Assembly: GCA_043744615.1 (NCBI GenBank)
Contig: JAYTUJ010000005.1
Span: 1-37,796 of the forward strand
Length of the DNA: 37,796 bases
Source: a bacterium
Lineage (GTDB): Bacteria; Patescibacteriota; Minisyncoccia; Phycocordibacterales; CAIRYW01
Direction: 5' to 3'
Shown: positions 27,780 to 34,809 of the stretch, piece by piece
Layout of the letters: every line of letters starts with the position of its first letter
Position numbering within the stretch: the stretch's first letter is position 1
The notes under the pieces: generated by a model
Told to the model about the DNA's origin: nothing
Databases searched by the model: none
What the model saw: only the letters and a program-made list of their open reading frames with translations
Program-made: the position numbers and the translations under genes

Positions 27780-28895
27780 CTAATCAACTTCTTGTAACTT
27801 ACGCAATGCGATTCCGACAGCGACTGCAAAATCTAAACCGGTTGCATGTAAAATACTTTGAAATGCGGCAGGTGCTTCAATTTTTCCAAACGGGTCGCCA
27901 AGCACAACTTCAGTTTGAAATCGTGCTCGTGCATATTCATACATTCCTTTCATTGCAACTCCTCCACCAGTAAGATACATTTTTGAAATTGTTTTGTTTG
28001 CTCTCTTTTCGTAATTTAAAATTGTTCCACTTGCTTCTGAAAAAACATAGTCGAGTGTGAGTGAAATAATTTCGTATACTGTTTTTTCATCTGCTTCTGG
28101 ATTTTTTCCTAAATTTCTTTTTATTTTTTCTGCTCGATCAACTGGAATTTGTAATCCACTTGCAATACTAAGTGTTACATCTTGAGAGCCTTTGTTAATC
28201 ACATGAGACTGTCGAACAACACCGCGTTCTACAATATATAATTTTGTTGACGAGGCTCCCATATCAAAAACCATAATTGGCGAAGGTTCTTGATCAATCA
28301 AAGATCTGATAGTACTAAACATTTCTATTTCAAAAAAAGATGATTCGAGCCCAGCCTCTTTTACAATCTGATTATACGTATTTAAAATTTCATTATGAAT
28401 TGAAACAACAAGGACCTCGGTTTTTGGAATATGCTCTTTTGCATTATCTGAATCAACAAAATCTAATTCTCGTTCGTCTTCGTTTTTTGGAATCACCCAC
28501 CAGTCCATTGTTACTTCACTAATTGGTACTGGAATATATCGCCGTGCTTCGAGAGGAATCATTAGTTCTAGTTTTTTGTTATCAAGAGCAGGAAGTTCCA
28601 TAAGAGTTACCAAACTTGAACGCAATGGAATAGAAATACCGCACATTCGAGTAGTTACATTTGCTTCACGAACAAGGTCGTTAATTACACTTGCAATTTG
28701 AGTCGCTGGCATATTAACAACCTGACCAATTGAAAGATTAACGTACGGACCAAGTGCAAGCGAACCATATGTTTCCAAAATAGCTTTTCCTTTATGTTTG
28801 GTTAATTGAACAACTTTGATAGCAGAAGAGCCGATATCGATTCCGATAACACTCGTTGATTTTTTTTTGAATAAGTTTTGAAGAAATGATGCCAT
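27780..28895 (-). CDS. pilM: Actin-like ATPase PilM
   Basis: 371 aa. SVIGIDIGSSAIKVV and MVFDMGASSTKLYIV are the phosphate-1/2 motifs of the ASKHA fold. Confidence 0.88.
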   Translation of the reverse strand: MASFLQNLFKKKSTSVIGIDIGSSAIKVVQLTKHKGKAILETYGSLALGPYVNLSIGQVVNMPATQIASVINDLVREANVTTRMCGISIPLRSSLVTLMELPALDNKKLELMIPLEARRYIPVPISEVTMDWWVIPKNEDERELDFVDSDNAKEHIPKTEVLVVSIHNEILNTYNQIVKEAGLESSFFEIEMFSTIRSLIDQEPSPIMVFDMGASSTKLYIVERGVVRQSHVINKGSQDVTLSIASGLQIPVDRAEKIKRNLGKNPEADEKTVYEIISLTLDYVFSEASGTILNYEKRANKTISKMYLTGGGVAMKGMYEYARARFQTEVVLGDPFGKIEAPAAFQSILHATGLDFAVAVGIALRKLQEVD

Positions 28896-28941
28896 ACTGT
28901 TTAGACAATTTATGTAAAGTATATCACACCATTTATATTGA

Positions 28942-29589
28942 ATGCCAAAGTTTTTTCACAGATTTTATAATCACCTGCTTAATGTTTTGTTTCCGAGTGA
29001 ATATAAAACAAAAGAAACCCTAAAACATGTCGAAAAACATGTTTGCCTGCGGCAAACAAACAATATCTGGTGGCTTATGGATTACAAACACACCGCAGTA
29101 CACGATGCAATTGTAGAATCAAAATATTTTAATAATACAGAAGTTTTTAAAAGTTTTGCTCATATTATAATGACATACGCATTTTTTATTGTTAATAACT
29201 CTATTATTATTCCCCTACCATCAAGTAATCTTCAAAAAAGAATAAAAGGTTACAACCAAACTGAAGAAATTATAAAAGAAATTTCAAATATAATTAAAAA
29301 TTCTGATACACAACATATTAGTATCGAAACAAAATTATTAGTACGAAAAAAGAATACAAAAAGCCAAACACAACTAACCAAAGTTGAACGTGAAAAAAAC
29401 CAATTAGGAACTTTTAGGGTTACAAAAGGTTTTACACATCTGCACAATAAAAAGATTGTTCTATTAGATGACGTCTGCACAACAGGGTCAACATTACGTG
29501 AAGCAAAAAAATGTTTAGAAGAAAGTGGATTTACTGATGTGGTCTGTTTGGCCTTAGCTTATCAAGCAAGCCATTTTAATAATAGTTAA
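28942..29589 (+). CDS. comF: ComF family phosphoribosyltransferase-fold competence protein
   Basis: 215 aa. PRPP-binding loop KIVLLDDVCTTGSTLREA, preceded by ...QTQLTKVEREKN... It is divergent from pilM, 46 bp away. Confidence 0.8.
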   Translation: MPKFFHRFYNHLLNVLFPSEYKTKETLKHVEKHVCLRQTNNIWWLMDYKHTAVHDAIVESKYFNNTEVFKSFAHIIMTYAFFIVNNSIIIPLPSSNLQKRIKGYNQTEEIIKEISNIIKNSDTQHISIETKLLVRKKNTKSQTQLTKVEREKNQLGTFRVTKGFTHLHNKKIVLLDDVCTTGSTLREAKKCLEESGFTDVVCLALAYQASHFNNS

Positions 29590-29688
29590 TTTAAAAGGCC
29601 GCAATAAATTTCTGCTGAAATTTTTACTTAGCGCTCGGCCTACCGGCCTGCGCGAAACCTTTTAAATTAACTATTATTAAAATGGCTT
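29568..29688. repeat. Perfect 31-bp inverted repeat (29568-29598 / 29658-29688) around a 59-nt spacer with two internal hairpins
   Basis: Left arm aagccattttaataatagttaatttaaaagg; the right arm is its exact reverse complement. The left arm contains the last 7 comF codons and the stop. The spacer holds AAATTT-ctgctg-AAATTT and a GC-rich hairpin gcgcTCggcc-tacc-ggccTgcgc. Confidence 0.9.
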
Positions 29689-29721
29689 TGGGACGAAGAA
29701 TATGCTAATCTGACACCAATT

Positions 29722-29810
29722 GGAGACGTGTCAGAGTGGTCGAACGTACCTCTTTGCTAAAGAGGCAGACCCGTTAAACGGTCTCGAGGGTTCGAATCCC
29801 TCCGTCTCCG
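29722..29810 (+). tRNA. tRNA-Ser (anticodon GCT), type II, no encoded CCA
   Basis: Hand fold: acceptor GGAGACG/CGTCTCC, anticodon stem CCTCT/AGAGG, loop TTGCTAA, long variable arm AGACC..GGTCT, T arm GAGGG-TTCGAAT-CCCTC, discriminator G. The D stem pairs poorly in my fold. Confidence 0.88.
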
Positions 29811-29815
29811 CACAC

Positions 29816-29854
29816 AAAAAGAAATGCCCAGCTTCATGCTGGGCATTTCTTTTT
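29816..29854 (+). terminator. Rho-independent terminator after tRNA-Ser
   Basis: AAAAAGAAATGCCCAGC / TTCAT / GCTGGGCATTTCTTTTT. The 12-bp GC-containing stem is extended by A/T pairs and followed by a T-run. Confidence 0.85.
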
Positions 29855-29991
29855 GTGAAGTGGTAAATAGTGAGATTCGAAAAGCCAGACTGAAGTCCTG
29901 TTATGAATGAAGCAAATCAGGACAAGGGAGGCGGGGTTGCACAAAATTTCTAAAAGAAATTTATGTGTAGCCAAATCTCAGTAACATAAAA

Positions 29992-30018
29992 TTGTAAAAG
30001 TGCTATTATTACTATAAT
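29992..30018 (+). promoter_or_regulatory. Promoter candidate for the 30062 operon
   Basis: TTGTAA (29992-29997), 15-nt spacer, TATAAT (30013-30018). The spacer is short. Confidence 0.3.
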
Positions 30019-30061
30019 CAATGATCGATGAATTATTTATGGTACGTATTATTTTAAATAA

Positions 30062-30829
30062 ATGACAGTAGCTTCAAGTTCAATTTGGTGGGCAATTATA
30101 GGTATTATAGGAGTAGTAATTTTAGGTACTCTATTCTTCTTTTTTCTAGCCTTTTTATTTGAGCTTCCTGAATTGGTACGAAGTATCCGCTTATCAAAAC
30201 TGGCTAAAAAATATAACTTGAAATTTATAAGAGCGAAAAAAGGTTGGCGAGGTGGTTGGATTAGTCTCGATGTAGGAGAAAAAAACTTTATTTCTGGAAA
30301 AATTAACAACATACTTTTAAGTTATTCTGATTTACATTTAATCCGAAGTAACTTAGGAATTGGTTTCAATCCATCAATCGCAGAAGCAGATAGTCAGTGG
30401 TCAGGAGCAGGATGGAGAGGTTCTACAACAAAAAATGTTTCAAAACTAAACAATGTTGTTTATTCAAGGCTTAGCCTCAAAGATCTCTATAATTTATTAG
30501 AGAGTATTAAAGCTGGGCAAATTACTTCTGAGTCTGCTATATATAATTTATTTGAAAAGAAAGACTTTTCAAAACAACTTATGCGAAATTATAAAGTGGC
30601 TTGGTGGATATGTGGTTTTATCTTTTTTCTTTCAGCTGGCATAACGACAATCATCAATCCTAATTTTTCAAATTTTTCCCTTCTTTTATTAGTTATCTTT
30701 AATTTATGTATTAACTTTCCAATTTTCCTCTGGACGTCCAAAGCTTACGGAAAAAAGTTTAATCCTAAAGATATAAATAAAGTACCTGAAATAAATAACT
30801 TTTTAGACGATAATATTAAACTTAATTAA
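30062..30829 (+). CDS. Hypothetical membrane protein (N-terminal TM, soluble middle, 2 C-terminal TMs)
   Basis: 255-aa ORF. I recognise no family. Confidence 0.6.
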   Translation: MTVASSSIWWAIIGIIGVVILGTLFFFFLAFLFELPELVRSIRLSKLAKKYNLKFIRAKKGWRGGWISLDVGEKNFISGKINNILLSYSDLHLIRSNLGIGFNPSIAEADSQWSGAGWRGSTTKNVSKLNNVVYSRLSLKDLYNLLESIKAGQITSESAIYNLFEKKDFSKQLMRNYKVAWWICGFIFFLSAGITTIINPNFSNFSLLLLVIFNLCINFPIFLWTSKAYGKKFNPKDINKVPEINNFLDDNIKLN

Positions 30830-30831
30830 AA

Positions 30832-31137
30832 ATGATTGAAAAATTATCAAATCATATTATTCTCTCTGTAGTAGCTTTAATTGCTTTTATTGTAGGTTGG
30901 ATAACTCTTTTCCACTATATTATTCCCTCTAATGACTGGTCTGCTTTCTGGCATACTCAAATTTGTCAGCTTGTTCTTAATTCAGGGCGTAGAGTAACAA
31001 CCCCAGCTTCTATTCAATTTTGTGTTAAAGATTTCAATGGAACTATAATTTTTTTCGGTGTATTTTTACTTATTTTTGTAGTAGTTAGTATTATTTGGTT
31101 TATAGTAAGAAAACAATACCGTAAGACATTTAAATAA
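30832..31137 (+). CDS. Hypothetical small membrane protein (2 TMs)
   Basis: 101-aa ORF that starts 2 nt after the upstream stop. Confidence 0.55.
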   Translation: MIEKLSNHIILSVVALIAFIVGWITLFHYIIPSNDWSAFWHTQICQLVLNSGRRVTTPASIQFCVKDFNGTIIFFGVFLLIFVVVSIIWFIVRKQYRKTFK

Positions 31138-31235
31138 ATTTATCCCTTTAGATTCGAGTGTAATAAAAAAACTGAAAATAAAATTAAACGAGCTACACTG
31201 TAAAATATCCCATTTTTGTGTACTGTAGCGCCACA

Positions 31236-31321
31236 GGAGGCGTAGATGAGTGTTTTAAATCAACAGTTTACTAAACTGTTGAGCCGTAATTGGCTCCGTG
31301 AGTTCGAATCTCACCGCCAGG
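31236..31321 (+). pseudogene. Degenerate paralog of the tRNA-Ser(ACT) gene (broken acceptor stem)
   Basis: D, anticodon, variable (GAGCC..GGCTC) and T (GTGAG-TTCGAAT-CTCAC) arms all fold. The 5' acceptor GGAGGCG faces 3' CGCCAGG, so only 4 of 7 pairs form. The D loop has GT where GG is expected. Confidence 0.6.
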
Positions 31322-31540
31322 AAAACTTAGTGTTGGTATGCCCACAGACATAGGTAGATGGAGTAATCTGAATACCTTTGCTACATAAATACTTAAATGT
31401 GAGTTATTATTTATATATCAGGTATGGTCTTAAATTTAAAAAATAATTGTAACAATATATATGCCCCCAGAAACACAACCTACTCAAACACCTAATCCTG
31501 CTCCAGTTTCCATGTCTTTATTACCCTTAGCAGATCTTAC

Positions 31541-32071
31541 ATGAGTGCTATCCGAGTTAAATATCTTATATTCGCTCTTGTAGATTCATATTTTGCAGTA
31601 ATCTTCTTTTCAGAGAGAGCGGCCCAACTTCTTCCGTTTCTTATTGCTCCATTTGTGTTTATCTTATTTCTGGCCTTTTTCCAAAATCCCCAATCATTTA
31701 TTAAACAGTGGAATAGCTGGTTTGCTCAGATATTGAAATTCTCTTTTCTTCTCGTCGGAGCATACATCTTTTTCAAAGTGGGACACTTTCCGATGTTAAA
31801 CGATTTTCTAGTCAAAACTTCAAATGAACACACCGTGCTCATGGCAGGAAGGTCAGAATCACTGTTATTTGTTTTTCTTGCAATATTCTCTCAAATCGGA
31901 TTTATTATCGGCATCATCTTCAATTTACTCGCTTTCTCATTCCCAAACAAATTTAGCGATAATACAAAGGATTACACCATGACTTTTTTCATGGCATTAA
32001 TCCCCACAATAATCTTTACTCTTATCTTTATACTTGGTCTTCCATATATCGGCTCAATAGTTGCTCGATAA
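31541..32071 (+). CDS. Hypothetical polytopic membrane protein
   Basis: 176 aa with about 5 hydrophobic segments. Its ATG overlaps (ATGA) the stop of a 27-codon upstream ORF (31461-31544). Confidence 0.55.
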   Translation: MSAIRVKYLIFALVDSYFAVIFFSERAAQLLPFLIAPFVFILFLAFFQNPQSFIKQWNSWFAQILKFSFLLVGAYIFFKVGHFPMLNDFLVKTSNEHTVLMAGRSESLLFVFLAIFSQIGFIIGIIFNLLAFSFPNKFSDNTKDYTMTFFMALIPTIIFTLIFILGLPYIGSIVAR

Positions 32072-32200
32072 TTAGTTTATCTCAAGAATTCCACACACCT
32101 CATCAAAACCTCAAAATGAGGCTAAAATATCCTTGCGGTGCCTCACCACTCTAATACTGAATCCACGATGTCCGCCAAGAGAATTTGCTATAATTACTAC

Positions 32201-32632
32201 ATGAACCAAGAACCACAAAACATTCCTACTAAAATCCTTATTATTGGGAATATCAAAAAAGATGACTCTGTTTTAATGAGAAAAAAGTTCGTGGGTTCTA
32301 AACCTTATGAAGAAACATGGTACTCATTCGGCGCTGAATTTATTCCTGGCGAAGAACCCTTAAAAACCTTTAAGGATTTTATAAAAGCTTTTGTGGGCAT
32401 TAACATCTCTCCAACAAAACAATTATCTTGGGACACAGAAACAAAGGAAGATCATGACGGAGTTCTTAAACAATTTGTTTACCTAAATGCAGAATTCGAG
32501 TATGTATCTGGAGAATTGATTGTACCGGAAAATTTAGAAAAAGTTGAATGGATTCCAATTCAGAATCTTTCTCAACTAGATATTGTTCCCCCTTCGATAG
32601 TCTTGTTCAAAAAGCTTGGGTACTTAAAATAA
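32201..32632 (+). CDS. Nudix-fold-like protein with a degenerate Nudix box
   Basis: Start moved to the ATG at 32201 (MNQEPQNIPTKILIIG...). WYSFGAEFIPGEEPLKTFKDFIKAFVGI aligns to WefPGGkvEpGEtleeAlkRElkEElGi, but the REx2EE glutamates read KDFIKAF. Confidence 0.45.
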   Translation: MNQEPQNIPTKILIIGNIKKDDSVLMRKKFVGSKPYEETWYSFGAEFIPGEEPLKTFKDFIKAFVGINISPTKQLSWDTETKEDHDGVLKQFVYLNAEFEYVSGELIVPENLEKVEWIPIQNLSQLDIVPPSIVLFKKLGYLK

Positions 32633-32776
32633 ATCAGCAACCTTTCCGTTCATTTCATATCCAATATTTTGACTTAAACTTATCCACCAAATTTCACCTT
32701 CTTTAAAATAAATAGTGTTTATTTTTAAATCAATCGTCTTTTTCTTTTCATTCCAAATATCAAAGTCTTTTTCCAT
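32624..32776 (-). pseudogene. N-terminal remnant (50 codons) of a PemK/MazF-family toxin
   Basis: MEKDFDIWNEKKKTIDLKINTIYFKEGEIWWISLSQNIGYEMNGKVADLF*. It matches the W-N-x-K-K...F-x-E-R/G-E-I-W-W...G-x-N-I-G-x-E-x-x-G-K N-terminus of long MazF-like toxins but stops where the RPV(L/V)I strand should follow. Its 3' end overlaps the convergent Nudix-like gene. Confidence 0.5.
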
Positions 32777-32856
32777 ACACCGAAGAATACTTGATGATTT
32801 ATGAAATAAATTAGAAAAATATATAAAATATAGTAAATATGCTAAAGTAACGTCAC

Positions 32857-32946
32857 GGAGAGATGGATGAGTGGTTTAAATCAACAGTTTACTAAACTGT
32901 CGACCCTTAACAGGGTCCGCGAGTTCGAATCTCGCTCTCTCCGCCA
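32857..32946 (+). tRNA. Type II tRNA with Ser-like identity and anticodon ACT, CCA encoded
   Basis: Hand fold: acceptor GGAGAGA/TCTCTCC, D stem GAT/ATC with loop GAGTGGTTTAA, anticodon stem ACAGT/ACTGT, loop TTACTAA, variable arm GACCC-TTAACA-GGGTC, T arm GCGAG-TTCGAAT-CTCGC, discriminator G, then CCA. Confidence 0.75.
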
Positions 32947-32997
32947 AGAAAATAAAGTATCGAGCATGACCCGAGTACCTAGTTTTCAAGTAAATAT

Positions 32998-33357
32998 ATG
33001 AATCTACAAGAACTTATAAAAGAATATAAAGAACAGGTGGTGATTTGTTCAAATATCGATTATTCAAACAAAGATTCAGTAAAGTCTAACAATAAAGGTG
33101 TGGATAGGATGTATCAGATTGTCGATACGATTCACTCTCAGTTTGGTGTTGAAGGGCTTCATGAATTCGCTCACCTGCTTGATCTAGTAGAAAACGAAAC
33201 AAATGTTTGGGTTGCGGTGCACATTGTCGAAAAGATGAATCCTGATTCAAAGAGAAAAGAGGAGGCACTATCCATCATTAGAAAAGTTGCTGACAGGAAT
33301 ACTGCCCAAGGTTTGGGATTCCGGCACTGGCTAAAGAATCATGGAGAAGAACTTTAA
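32998..33357 (+). CDS. Hypothetical protein, DUF2019-like (helical-repeat, immunity-protein-like)
   Basis: 119 aa. The pattern ...NNKGVDRMYQIVDTI...LLDLVENETNVWVAVHIVE...ALSIIRKVA...GLGFRHWL resembles my recollection of DUF2019. This is a weak call. Confidence 0.35.
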   Translation: MNLQELIKEYKEQVVICSNIDYSNKDSVKSNNKGVDRMYQIVDTIHSQFGVEGLHEFAHLLDLVENETNVWVAVHIVEKMNPDSKRKEEALSIIRKVADRNTAQGLGFRHWLKNHGEEL

Positions 33358-33469
33358 ATCTACACTGACCCACATACCTTGTTTCAATTTCTAAAATATT
33401 CCTAAAATACCCTTACAAGGCTTGAGGTGGTGGGTACTTAACCCACATGGCCCGCCAATAATAATCAAC

Positions 33470-34357
33470 ATGTTATTACAGCCTAGTGTAAATGATTTAT
33501 CTGAAAAGATATATGACATATTAAATCAGAGAACTTTCAGAAACGGTCCACTTCCAGATAAAAAACGTAAAGATCTTGTTCTGGCAAATATTACAGAGAA
33601 AGTTGAAAAAAATCTTCCTGTACAATTCCTTCAGTTTTGGGGAGGGAGTAAAAATATTAACCTTCCTATAGAGTGCGCAGATTTATGTGAAGAAGCTACA
33701 TTAAAACAACTTTCAAAAATTAACGAAGCGGTAAAGAAGGTGTACAGTCCGGGTTTACATTTTCATATTATCCCAGGTGACAGGCGCGTACAACTTGCTA
33801 ATAATATTCCAAAAGAAAGAACTGAAATTTATGTAAATTCTTTAACAGCGATGACAGAAAAATTCGGAGATTTATTTAAAGTTACTCCGGTTTCCGTACT
33901 TTATGATAAAAAAGGAAGTCTATTTGAAGAAAATTACAAAAGAGCACAAAAAGATTTTGGCGATAAAATAGCAAAAACAAGTAACATTTCAAAACTGCAA
34001 AAAGGAGCGAAAAATAATGTTAATACTAAAAACAATATGTTGGAAGAAATTCCTCAAACAGACTTTCAAGCTGCGCTGAATTATTCTTTAGTTAGAGCAT
34101 CAGAAGAAAAAACACAAATATTTGAAGAATTCAAAGATTATATACGAGCATATTTTGTTAAAGTAATTCCCTTTTATGAACAGATCTCACTATACTTTGA
34201 TGACATACCGGAAACGCAACCACTACTTGATAGAGCACTATTCTTTTATACAGGAAGAAAAGGTAACATAACCCAACCATGGCAAGCTATTGGTAAACAA
34301 GAAGGTGATGAAGTATTATTTTTAAGCCAAAAAAAGTTAGAGACGCACCTTTTGTAA
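33470..34357 (+). CDS. Possible DIT1/PvcA-family (PF05141, isonitrile synthase-like) protein
   Basis: The first ATG is at 33470; the track start at 33422 is TTG. VQFLQFWGGSKN...CADLCEEATLKQLSKINEAVKKVYSPGLHFHIIPGDRRV resembles PvcA FVLPAFPFKSPN...LPDxxExxxLxxLxxLCxxIxxxYxPGAxLxIxSDGxVF. Match is from memory only. Confidence 0.4.
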   Translation: MLLQPSVNDLSEKIYDILNQRTFRNGPLPDKKRKDLVLANITEKVEKNLPVQFLQFWGGSKNINLPIECADLCEEATLKQLSKINEAVKKVYSPGLHFHIIPGDRRVQLANNIPKERTEIYVNSLTAMTEKFGDLFKVTPVSVLYDKKGSLFEENYKRAQKDFGDKIAKTSNISKLQKGAKNNVNTKNNMLEEIPQTDFQAALNYSLVRASEEKTQIFEEFKDYIRAYFVKVIPFYEQISLYFDDIPETQPLLDRALFFYTGRKGNITQPWQAIGKQEGDEVLFLSQKKLETHLL

Positions 34358-34404
34358 TTATCTTATTTTCTTTTTACGGAAGATGCCTTTCAAACTAGAA
34401 CAAT

Positions 34405-34644
34405 TTATTTCTGCGCACCTCCTTTTGTCTCGATTGAAAGGGGGGTGGCAATTTGTCCCCACCCTTTGCCAAGTTCGCCATCACGTAGTCTCATTTTCTT
34501 GATGTAGTCGGATACGTTGGGTGTCTGAGTAAGGACCTCTACAACATCGTTTATGGCAAAATACCACTGTTCATCGTGCCACGTACGACGGACTTCTTTT
34601 TCCTCAAATAACACTATTTCTTTTTTTGTAGTTGATTTTTTCAT
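34405..34644 (-). CDS. Bro-N/KilA-N-like DNA-binding domain protein (short form)
   Basis: 79 aa. ...VRRTWHDEQWYFAINDVVEVLTQTPNVSDYIKKMRLRD... matches the Bro-N core (R..W..E.WYF...D.V.VLT). It appears truncated relative to longer homologs. Confidence 0.5.
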   Translation of the reverse strand: MKKSTTKKEIVLFEEKEVRRTWHDEQWYFAINDVVEVLTQTPNVSDYIKKMRLRDGELGKGWGQIATPLSIETKGGAQK

Positions 34645-34734
34645 ACTGTTATTTATTGCTCGTTACTTTAATAAACGTCGTATTTTGATGATACTATAAA
34701 CCCACATGAATTGCTCCCTACCTTTACGATCTAA

Positions 34735-34767
34735 TAAAAAACCACCTCGCTTTTTTGGCGAGGCGGT
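34735..34767 (-). terminator. Rho-independent terminator for the 34810-35151 gene
   Basis: The minus strand reads ACCGCCTCGCC-AAAAAA-GCGAGGTGG (one mismatch), followed by TTTTTTATT. Confidence 0.6.
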
Positions 34768-34809
34768 CTTGAATAAAAGTGTCTTTCAACACGATTGGTT
34801 TGCGATAAT

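Noticed and set aside
29857-29905. gtgagattcgaaaagcc just after the tRNA-Ser terminator, considered as a decayed direct repeat of the tRNA T-arm (att-site scar)
   Set aside because: There is only about 10/16 identity to gagggttcgaatccctc, with no matching acceptor segment and no integrase. This is too weak.
29925-29984. AGGGAGG purine run followed 5 nt later by a TTG-initiated 15-codon ORF
   Set aside because: Genes in this window essentially lack Shine-Dalgarno sequences, the start is non-ATG and the ORF is tiny. It is probably fortuitous. The neighbouring short hairpins (gtcctg..caggac, aaatttct..agaaattt) are also too weak to call an RNA gene.
31461-31544. 27-codon Pro/Thr-rich ORF (MPPETQPTQTPNPAPVSMSLLPLADLT) ending in an ATGA overlap with the 31541 membrane protein gene
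   Set aside because: It is too short and compositionally simple to support as a gene, and there is no conservation evidence. It could be a coupled leader peptide, or the true start region if a frameshift exists, but I cannot tell from sequence alone.
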